Below are positions 8,298 through 15,083 of a stretch of 19,697 nt of DNA, piece by piece; position 1 is the first letter of the stretch; each line of letters starts with the position of its first letter. A program made the position numbers and the translations under genes. The notes below the pieces were generated by a model. It was not told the origin of the DNA, made no database searches, and was given only the letters and a program-made list of their open reading frames with translations. Source of the stretch: Candidatus Eiseniibacteriota bacterium (GTDB lineage: Bacteria; Eisenbacteria; RBG-16-71-46); contig JANLWX010000149.1 in the NCBI GenBank assembly GCA_031364845.1, positions 1 to 19,697 on the forward strand, in the 5' to 3' direction.

Positions 8298-9512
8298 ATG
8301 CGCCTGTACCACCGACCTCTCGCATTCGCCGCGCTCACGCTCGCTCTTGCGCTCACCGGATGCGGTGACTCGAGCAAACCGACTTCACCCGGCACCGCGA
8401 CGCCGGTGCCGCTCGCGACCACGGTCGAGAACATCCGTGCGCGCTACGGTCTGCCGGCGCTCGCGATCGCGGTGATCGATCGGGATTCGATCCACGTCAC
8501 GATTCGCGGCGTTCGAAAAGTGGGATCACCCGTTTCGGCGCAGGCGGGGGATCTGTTCCATCTCGGATCGCTTACCAAGGCGATGACGGCGACGATGATC
8601 GGCCGGCTCGTCGAAGCGGGCACGCTCACATGGAATCGCACGCTGATCCAGGCGTTTCCGCAGTTCGCCGACTCGATGGTGACTGCATACCGGACGGTCA
8701 AACTCGGGCAGTTGCTGCAGCATCGAGGCGGAGTTCCGGCGTTCGAGACGCTCGAAGACTTCGCCGCACTGCCGACATTCGCCGGCACCGACGTCGAACA
8801 GCGGCGCGCGTTTGTGCGCTGGCTCGTGACGCGGCCGCCGGCCGTGACCCCCGGAACCTACCTTTACTCGAACGCAGGTTACGGCGTGGCCGCGGCGATC
8901 GCGGAAGCGGCGGCCGGATCGACGTGGGAACAATTGCTCACGAGCGAACTGCTCGATCCGCTCGACGTCACAGCGACGTTCGGGTGGCCGACCGACCACG
9001 ATGCAGCACAACCGTGGGGGCACATATTCACCGGGGGCGCATTCGTCCCGTTTGATCCAAACTCGGGACGCGTGCCCACCGTGGTCGCCCCGGCCGGGGA
9101 TCTGAGTCAGAGCCTCGAAGCCTATGGGCGCTTTGCGCAACTCCATCTGCGCTCATTGCTCGGCACGGCGCAGCTGCTCGACGCGAGCACATTCGATTTG
9201 ATGCACACGCCGCCGGATGGTGACTACGCGATGGGCTGGCAACGGCTCACGCTGCAGGGGCGACTCGTCTACACGCACGAGGGGAGTGCCGGAACCTTCG
9301 CGGCGTTCGTGCTGCTCGATCCTTCACGCGGAGGCGCCTACGTGATCGCGACCAACGCGCTATCGGACGAAGTCGAAGCCGCGTTCATCGAACTGCTGAC
9401 GGCGGTAGCGCCACGCTACTCCGCCCTGCCCGTGCGCTACCTGGTGTCTCCCGCGGCTTTGCGCAGCGGCTTGGCCGTACCCGATCCGACGCCGAAGTTT
9501 TTGACGAAGTAG
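8298..9512 (+). CDS. Serine hydrolase of the beta-lactamase/penicillin-binding fold (class C-like), lipoprotein
   Basis: Lipoprotein signal MRLYHRPLAFAALTLALALTG|C from ATG 8298. Catalytic SxxK (FHLGSLTKAMTA), LLQHRGG, YSN motif (YLYSNAGY) and HxG (YTHEGSAG). Confidence 0.9.
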   Translation: MRLYHRPLAFAALTLALALTGCGDSSKPTSPGTATPVPLATTVENIRARYGLPALAIAVIDRDSIHVTIRGVRKVGSPVSAQAGDLFHLGSLTKAMTATMIGRLVEAGTLTWNRTLIQAFPQFADSMVTAYRTVKLGQLLQHRGGVPAFETLEDFAALPTFAGTDVEQRRAFVRWLVTRPPAVTPGTYLYSNAGYGVAAAIAEAAAGSTWEQLLTSELLDPLDVTATFGWPTDHDAAQPWGHIFTGGAFVPFDPNSGRVPTVVAPAGDLSQSLEAYGRFAQLHLRSLLGTAQLLDASTFDLMHTPPDGDYAMGWQRLTLQGRLVYTHEGSAGTFAAFVLLDPSRGGAYVIATNALSDEVEAAFIELLTAVAPRYSALPVRYLVSPAALRSGLAVPDPTPKFLTK

Positions 9513-9796
9513 GCGACCACGAGATCGTGATCGGAGGGGACGATGCGCGCGCCCCACTGCTCCATCTGGCGCACCGTCTTCTCCCACCCGGTCGAGTCCT
9601 TGCGCTGCTGCGTGATGAGCATCGCCGAGTGACACATCAGGCACTTGCTCTCGATCAGCTCGAGCGCATCGCCCGACGGAAGTTGCTTCGCGTACGGCGC
9701 GCGTTTCGCCGCCGCATCGCCCGACACCTGCGCGAACGAGGCGAGCGCGATCGCTCCCGAGACCAGTGCCGACGCGATCAGCCTACGCGCGGACAT
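9437..9796 (-). CDS. Monoheme cytochrome c, SorB-like partner of the molybdoenzyme
   Basis: Sec-type signal peptide, single CLMCH heme motif, and LITQQR...W...V..M..WGA.I pattern with a distal Met. Start overlaps the end of the oxidoreductase gene. Confidence 0.85.
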   Translation of the reverse strand: MSARRLIASALVSGAIALASFAQVSGDAAAKRAPYAKQLPSGDALELIESKCLMCHSAMLITQQRKDSTGWEKTVRQMEQWGARIVPSDHDLVVAYFVKNFGVGSGTAKPLRKAAGDTR

Positions 9797-10976
9797 CGAC
9801 GTTCACCCGATGGATCGAGTTGTTGCCGTAGCCGCTCGCGTTGATCTTCGCTTCGAGCGGCTGCACGTTGCCGGCCCCGTCGGTCGCGCGCGCCATCAGC
9901 GTCACCTTCTTCGGCGTCTTGAGATCGAACTCGGTGGCCCACTGCCGCCACGCGTAGGGCGTCGCGTCGCCCGAGAATCCCGCGGCCTTCCATGTCTTGC
10001 CACCGTCGATCGACACCTCGACGAGCTTCACTCCCGATACGCCCGCCCACGCGTAACCCTGAACGCGCACGCTTCCCGGCGTGACACGTGCGCCTTCGAG
10101 CGGGCGCGTGATCAGCGACTTCACGCGCAGGTCTTCGACCGGCGGAGACGTCGCGGGATCGCCGCCCGGCTCGACGTAGCGATAGCCTTTCGCCATGAAG
10201 TGATTGCTCGACGGCTCCGCTTCGACGCTGATCTTGGCGATCCACTTGGTCGAGGCCATGCCGAACCATCCCGGCACGACCGCGCGCAGCGGTGCCCCGT
10301 GCAACGGCGTGAGCGCGGTGCCATTCATCGAGTGCGCGAGCACGACGTCGGCGTTCGCTTTGGCGATCGGGATGCTGCGCGAAAACGGCGGCGTCGCCGG
10401 CATCGGTGCAAAATCCATCGCCTCGAACCACACATGTTGCGCTTCGGCTTTTACGCCCGCGCGCGCGAGCAGCACGGAGAGCCGCGGCCCCGCCCACGCG
10501 GCATTGCCGACCGCGCCGTACTCCCACTGCGTCCCCGACGTGTTGTGCAGCTTCATCAAGCCGCGCCCGTTGCCCGCGCATTCGAGCACGCACGTGAGAT
10601 CGGTGGTCTCCATCGCGCGCAGTTCGTCGAGCGTGAGCGACAGCGGCGTGTTGACGAGGCCCGAGACTTCGAGCTTCCACGTCGCGATGTCGATCTTGGG
10701 CACCGGGAAGTGACTGCGCGCGAAGAACACGTCGTTTGGTGTGATCGGCGCGCGCCCGAGGGCGGCGATCGTCGACTCCCAGTGCTCGGGCCAGTCGTTG
10801 CGCTCGATGAAGTCGGGCGCTGCGGCGGCCGCGAGCGCGTGATGCGCCCATGCCGGAAGCGCCGAGAGTGCGGCGGCGCCGAACGCGGCGCGCGCCGTGC
10901 CGGTGAGGAATTCGCGGCGGGCGAGCGGAGAGTCCAGTGCGCGGATGTCGGATGTTTGATCACGGCGTCGAGTCAT
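9783..10976 (-). CDS. Sulfite oxidase-family molybdopterin oxidoreductase (SorA/SoxC-like), Tat-exported
   Basis: Tat motif ARREFL near the likely ATG at 10976. ITPNDVFFARSH, Mo-ligating Cys in LECAGNGR, GAVGNAAWAG, HGAPLRAVVPGWFGMASTKW, and a C-terminal dimerisation domain (VEVSIDGGKTW, YAWRQW, ARATDGAGNVQP, GYGNNS). Confidence 0.92.
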   Translation of the reverse strand: MTRRRDQTSDIRALDSPLARREFLTGTARAAFGAAALSALPAWAHHALAAAAAPDFIERNDWPEHWESTIAALGRAPITPNDVFFARSHFPVPKIDIATWKLEVSGLVNTPLSLTLDELRAMETTDLTCVLECAGNGRGLMKLHNTSGTQWEYGAVGNAAWAGPRLSVLLARAGVKAEAQHVWFEAMDFAPMPATPPFSRSIPIAKANADVVLAHSMNGTALTPLHGAPLRAVVPGWFGMASTKWIAKISVEAEPSSNHFMAKGYRYVEPGGDPATSPPVEDLRVKSLITRPLEGARVTPGSVRVQGYAWAGVSGVKLVEVSIDGGKTWKAAGFSGDATPYAWRQWATEFDLKTPKKVTLMARATDGAGNVQPLEAKINASGYGNNSIHRVNVDVRA

Positions 10977-11042
10977 CGCGCCGCACAGTAGCATTTGGGG
11001 CGCGGACGCCGGAGAAGAAAAAGCGAAAGTCGCGGGAAGACT

Positions 11043-11064
11043 GCCGCGGCCTTGCGGCCGCGGC
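11043..11064 (-). terminator. Probable terminator hairpin downstream of the FMN reductase/small CxxC gene pair
   Basis: Perfect 9-bp stem GCCGCGGCC-GCAA-GGCCGCGGC (GNRA loop on the minus strand) just after the TGA at 11066-11068. A T-rich tract (CTTTCGCTTTTTCTTCT) lies a short distance downstream rather than directly adjacent. Confidence 0.55.
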
Positions 11065-11065
11065 T

Positions 11066-11260
11066 TCAGGACCCCGCTCGCGCTCCCACGCCACCGCATC
11101 CCGGACACGAATGAATTTCCTCGATCGCCCCGCCGAGCACGCCCGAATCTTGTGCCGCGTCGCCATCCCGCGGCTCGACGAGCTTCTCCGCGTGCCGGTT
11201 CATCGCGATGTTGCACTTAGGGCACATCATCGGCTGCTTGATCAGACTCTCTTCCATCAT
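11066..11260 (-). CDS. Small putative zinc-ribbon/metal-binding protein (CPKC...HSCPGCG)
   Basis: GGAGGA ribosome-binding site directly upstream of ATGATG (11260/11257), two CxxC pairs, co-oriented just downstream of the FMN reductase, followed by a hairpin. Confidence 0.7.
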   Translation of the reverse strand: MMEESLIKQPMMCPKCNIAMNRHAEKLVEPRDGDAAQDSGVLGGAIEEIHSCPGCGGVGARAGS

Positions 11261-11288
11261 CGTCCTCCGGAGCCCGCGCAATCCGAGA

Positions 11289-11858
11289 TCAATCCAGCAC
11301 GATCTCTTCGCGGCCGTGCCGCATGACCTTCGCCATCCAGATCAGTTCGTTCAGGAACTTGTCGACGCGCGGGGTCCAGGCGGTGGTGTCCTTGAGGTTC
11401 CCCGATTCGTCGAACAGTTTGTGAGCGCCCGAGAAATACACGTCCCAGAAGATATTCACGAGGCCGAGCTCGCGCATGACCGGCAGCAATCCCTGCACCC
11501 CGCGAGCGCCGCCGATCGGCCCGGCCGACACGCCGACGATGCCGACTGCCTTGTGGACGTACTCCTTGAGACAACTGTCGAGCACGTGCTTGAGCAACCC
11601 TGGATAGCCGTGGTTGTACTCGGGCGACACGATGACGAGCCCATCCATGCGCTCCATCTTCGCAGCGAACCCGGAATCCTTGATCGATTCGCCGGCATCG
11701 TCGATCGGCATCGAAAGCGACGCGATGTCGATCAACTCGGTCTCGACTCCCGATCGCGCCGCCACCTGACTGCTCACGAAGCGCGCGACGTGTTCGCTCA
11801 CGCGTCCTTTGCGCACGGTGCCGAGCAGGACGGGGATGAACAACGGCCGGTCAGTCAT
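11289..11858 (-). CDS. NAD(P)H-dependent FMN reductase (flavodoxin-like fold)
   Basis: LGTVRKGRVS phosphate loop, SPEYNHGYPGLLKHVLD signature, KAVGIVGVSAGPIGGARG; GGAG upstream of the ATG. Confidence 0.93.
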   Translation of the reverse strand: MTDRPLFIPVLLGTVRKGRVSEHVARFVSSQVAARSGVETELIDIASLSMPIDDAGESIKDSGFAAKMERMDGLVIVSPEYNHGYPGLLKHVLDSCLKEYVHKAVGIVGVSAGPIGGARGVQGLLPVMRELGLVNIFWDVYFSGAHKLFDESGNLKDTTAWTPRVDKFLNELIWMAKVMRHGREEIVLD

Positions 11859-11887
11859 GAAGTCTCCGGATCACGAGGGGACATGAA

Positions 11888-11919
11888 TCCGCCGCCGCGG
11901 CGGGTGCCACGGCGGCGGA
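11888..11919 (-). terminator. GC-rich hairpin, probable terminator of the 11945-14185 gene
   Basis: 10-bp perfect arms TCCGCCGCCG (11888-11897) and CGGCGGCGGA (11910-11919) with inner GGC/GCC pairing, about 25 nt after the stop. The U-tract is weak. Confidence 0.55.
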
Positions 11920-11944
11920 CTTTAACGAGAACGATATCGCGTGA

Positions 11945-14185
11945 CTATCGTCCGAGCAGGACCAGCTTGCGTGACGCGATCGCGCCCTCGGTGCTGGCGC
12001 GATAGAAGTAGACGCCGCCCGCCGCGGGCCTTCCGTCGTCGCTCGCGCCGTTCCACGTGAAAGAGTGCGATCCCGCGCCGAGCAGGCCGCGATGGAGCGT
12101 GGACACCAGACGCCCGCTCAAGTCGTAGATCGACACGGCAACAGTCGAGGGACGATCGAGCGTGAGGCCAAACTGCGTCACCCGATTCGCAGGATTGGGC
12201 CGCGCCTCCGACAGCGCCAGCGACACCGGGCCGCCGAGCGACGCGATGACCGACTGTGCCGGCGGGATGAGCTTCACGCCGGCCAGGTTGCTCGCCTCCA
12301 CGTCCGACAACTTCACGACGCCACCGTGACGTTGGCCGGGCTTGAGCGTGAGCTTGATCCGATACGGTGCACGGAACATGTCGAGCGTGTAGGGCGTGAG
12401 CGGATCGAACGCGTTGACCATGCCGATCGTCGCCGTGCCGTTGAGAACATCCGAGAGCTGCAACCATCCCGGCCCGTATGAGCCCGGCAGGATTTCGGCG
12501 GTGTATCGATCGGCGGGATAGTCGAAGCGCATCACGAGACCGCCGACCGTGGCGAGACCCTCGAGGTCGACGACCAGCTCCGCGCCGGTGTCGTTGAATT
12601 CCGGTGCGTGGAGCCCGACGCGAACGTCCGGAGCCGGCTGCGACCCCGAAGTGTCGACCGGACATCCTGGGCAGTTCGAGCCGCGCAGCGTGCGGATCGC
12701 GCAGCAGATCACATCGGCGATGTCCTTCCTGCCGTCGGTGTTGCAGTCGGCGACGTCGGCGGAATCCGCACACATCTGGCGATGCGTGCTGCCCGTGGAA
12801 TCGACCGCTGTGCCCAGCACGCAGCGCGCCATGAGCACGATGTCGCGGATGTCGCTGGTGCCGTCGGCGTTGAAGTCGCATCCGCGCTCGGTGCAGATGC
12901 GCGCCGCGACCGCGACCAGCGTTTGGATCCGGCATTCGGGCACCGCGTTGCCGTTTTCGTCGGAGCCGAGCAGTTCTCCGGCGAAGACGAACGTCACCGG
13001 AGGCAGTTCGCGCGCGGTCCGCTGGAGCGTGAGGCGCAGGATCGGAACGCCGGGGCCGATCGTGTCGAACGGGAACGGCGGAATCGGCGCACCGTGGTCA
13101 GCGAACAGCGAGAACTTGGCACCGTTCTCGGTCGGACGCCACACGACGTGCATGCCCTGGGCGGGCCCGATCGCTTCGATGCCGGTGATGCGCATCTTGG
13201 CGTTGTCCAAAGAGAAGGTTCCCTGAAGACCCGCGAGCGCCACCGCGGAGCGAATCGTGAACGACACCTCGGCGCGCCCCTGTTCGGAGAGATACCCGTT
13301 GCACCGGCCATCGTCGCCCGGCGCCCAATCGCCGAGCAGACATCCGAACGTGGGTGGACACGCTTGGACGCTGAATGGAATCGACGTCGAGTGCACTGGC
13401 CGCCCGACCGGAAGCGAATCTCCGCACGGCGTGGAGGCAAGCTCCGCGAACAACCGGTAGTCGCGCGGCCGCATCGGCGGCAGCACGACGTGGGCTTCCC
13501 ACGGCGTGATGACTTCCGGGCAGATCTGGAGGATGCACTCCGCGCGATCGACCACATACCGCACGATCGGCGGCTGAGGCAGCGGCGAGCCGAGCGGCGA
13601 CGGAAGCACTTCGACGCGCAATAACCGGTAGCACGGATTGGGGAAGTGCCCGTACGCGCTCACGAGAATGCTGTCGCCACCGCAGATCGGATCGAACACG
13701 CCGCCCGAGCGGGCCGGCCGGATCAGGATCTGGTCCACATACGGCAGGGGGCCGGTCTGAGTGGTGTCGTGCACCTCGAACACGAAATGTTTCCGATACA
13801 CAAGAGGGTCGCCGGGCGCTTCGTCGCGATTGACGCGCAGTGTGATGAGCACGGTGTACGTGCCGGTCGAGAGTTGCCCGACATCGAACGCGCGACTCCA
13901 GCCCGTGGTGGCCGTGTCGCAATTCGAAAGCGGCTGGATCCACACCGAGATTCCTTCGCCGCCGCCCAGCAGCACGCCGCAATCGTTCGGGAACTTTCCT
14001 TCGATCAGCACCCGCGTCTGTTCGTAGGGGTTGGGTCGCTCGGGCAGCGTGGAGATGCGCGTGACGTAAGGCAACGAGTCGACGAACGCCGTATCCGCCG
14101 CGGTGGTGGCCCTGGAGTCTGCGGCCAACGCGAGGGCGGGCATCGACAAGAGGGATACGAAAACCAACAGCCGTCGAAACCACAT
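11945..14185 (-). CDS. Secreted Cys-rich modular protein: two N-terminal repeats, cohesin-like domain, dockerin-like domain, second cohesin-like domain, C-terminal FlgD-Ig/T9SS-like domain
   Basis: AAGGAG ribosome-binding site; signal peptide MWFRRLLVFVSLLSMPALALA. Duplicated Ca-loop DFNADGTSDIRD / DCNTDGRKDIAD. C-terminal ARPNPAN...SIYDLSGRLV..L..G...AGSHSFTWNG..DDGRPAAGGVYFYR.......RKLVLL. Confidence 0.85.
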   Translation of the reverse strand: MWFRRLLVFVSLLSMPALALAADSRATTAADTAFVDSLPYVTRISTLPERPNPYEQTRVLIEGKFPNDCGVLLGGGEGISVWIQPLSNCDTATTGWSRAFDVGQLSTGTYTVLITLRVNRDEAPGDPLVYRKHFVFEVHDTTQTGPLPYVDQILIRPARSGGVFDPICGGDSILVSAYGHFPNPCYRLLRVEVLPSPLGSPLPQPPIVRYVVDRAECILQICPEVITPWEAHVVLPPMRPRDYRLFAELASTPCGDSLPVGRPVHSTSIPFSVQACPPTFGCLLGDWAPGDDGRCNGYLSEQGRAEVSFTIRSAVALAGLQGTFSLDNAKMRITGIEAIGPAQGMHVVWRPTENGAKFSLFADHGAPIPPFPFDTIGPGVPILRLTLQRTARELPPVTFVFAGELLGSDENGNAVPECRIQTLVAVAARICTERGCDFNADGTSDIRDIVLMARCVLGTAVDSTGSTHRQMCADSADVADCNTDGRKDIADVICCAIRTLRGSNCPGCPVDTSGSQPAPDVRVGLHAPEFNDTGAELVVDLEGLATVGGLVMRFDYPADRYTAEILPGSYGPGWLQLSDVLNGTATIGMVNAFDPLTPYTLDMFRAPYRIKLTLKPGQRHGGVVKLSDVEASNLAGVKLIPPAQSVIASLGGPVSLALSEARPNPANRVTQFGLTLDRPSTVAVSIYDLSGRLVSTLHRGLLGAGSHSFTWNGASDDGRPAAGGVYFYRASTEGAIASRKLVLLGR

Positions 14186-14391
14186 AGCAGTCGCTCCTTG
14201 AAACCCGGTGCGCGTTTTCGGATCGACGTGCGGCCCTTGGAAGCGCGGAGAATCTCCGTTTCGGGAGGAGTCCCGCGTCTGGTTTCGTTCGTCGATCCCG
14301 AACCCACATTACGCCCGCGCCCCCAGGTTTTCGCTGCTTTTCTTGGGGCCGGGTCGCGCTCTGGAAGAAGAAAACCGGAACCTCCCGGGCA

Positions 14392-14437
14392 TGACTGCGG
14401 TCTAAGTTTGTACCGAACCCAAACATGATTCGGGTCA
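14392..14437. promoter_or_regulatory. Two candidate TetR operator palindromes (TGAC-N4-GTCA-like)
   Basis: TGACtgcgGTCT (14392-14403) and TGATtcggGTCA (14426-14437), both preceded by CA, just upstream of the tetR start. Confidence 0.45.
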
Positions 14438-14465
14438 AGGCCAGACCGCATACGGGAGCCAAACT

Positions 14466-15083
14466 GTGACAGAGCTTGAGATTGGGCGTCGCGAGCGCAA
14501 GAAGGAAGGAACCCGCGAACGCATCTTCAAGGAGGCGATCCGGCTGTTCCGGGATCGCGGATTCGAAAAGACCACGATCGACGACATCACCGAGCGGGCC
14601 GATGTGGCGAAGGGGACGTTCTTCAACTACTTCCCGCGCAAGGAATCGGTGCTCGCCTATCTCTCCGAGAAGCGCCTGATCACGGCCGAGGAGAATGCCG
14701 GCGAGCTGTTGTCCGATGCTTCGCCCACGAGTGAAAAGCTGATCGGCATCTTCACGCACTGTGCTTCCGTGTACGAAGAGGATCGCGAACTGTCGCGCTT
14801 CGTCCTGAACGAGCTGATGATGCGCGCGTTCGGTCCGAGCGAGGACGCCGGCATGCGGTGGCAGGCGCTCACGCTCAAGGTCATCGAGCAGGGGCGCGCG
14901 AACGGAGAGCTGCGGCGTGATCTCGATGTGGTGCGCACGGAGTCGCTGCTGACGAGCGTCTACTTCTCGACGGTGTACCTGTGGGTCAATTGCAACGAGA
15001 CGCAGTTCGAACTGCGCGATGAACTTCGTGCGCGACTCCAGCTCGTGCTCGACGGCCTCGCGGCGCGGAGGCCGGTCGCATGA
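14466..15083 (+). CDS. TetR/AcrR-family transcriptional regulator
   Basis: N-terminal HTH RRERKKEGTRERIFKEAIRLFRDRGFEKTTIDDITERADVAKGTFFNYFPRKE; GTG start with GGGAG upstream; first gene of the efflux operon. Confidence 0.95.
   Translation: MTELEIGRRERKKEGTRERIFKEAIRLFRDRGFEKTTIDDITERADVAKGTFFNYFPRKESVLAYLSEKRLITAEENAGELLSDASPTSEKLIGIFTHCASVYEEDRELSRFVLNELMMRAFGPSEDAGMRWQALTLKVIEQGRANGELRRDLDVVRTESLLTSVYFSTVYLWVNCNETQFELRDELRARLQLVLDGLAARRPVA

Noticed and set aside
8298..9512. Calling this a true antibiotic-resistance beta-lactamase (ampC)
   Set aside because: The SxxK/YxN/HxG motifs are shared by many esterases and peptidases of this fold; substrate cannot be inferred from sequence alone.
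10977..11216. 80-aa N-terminal extension of the molybdoenzyme in the ORF track
   Set aside because: It overlaps the CxxC gene and hairpin, and would bury the Tat motif ~100 residues from the start.
14217..14302. Assignment of the hairpin to c-di-GMP riboswitch, SRP or 6S RNA
   Set aside because: It lacks the GGCAAA/GACGCAAA c-di-GMP-I motifs and the SRP GGAA-loop/GCAGC motif, and is too short for 6S.
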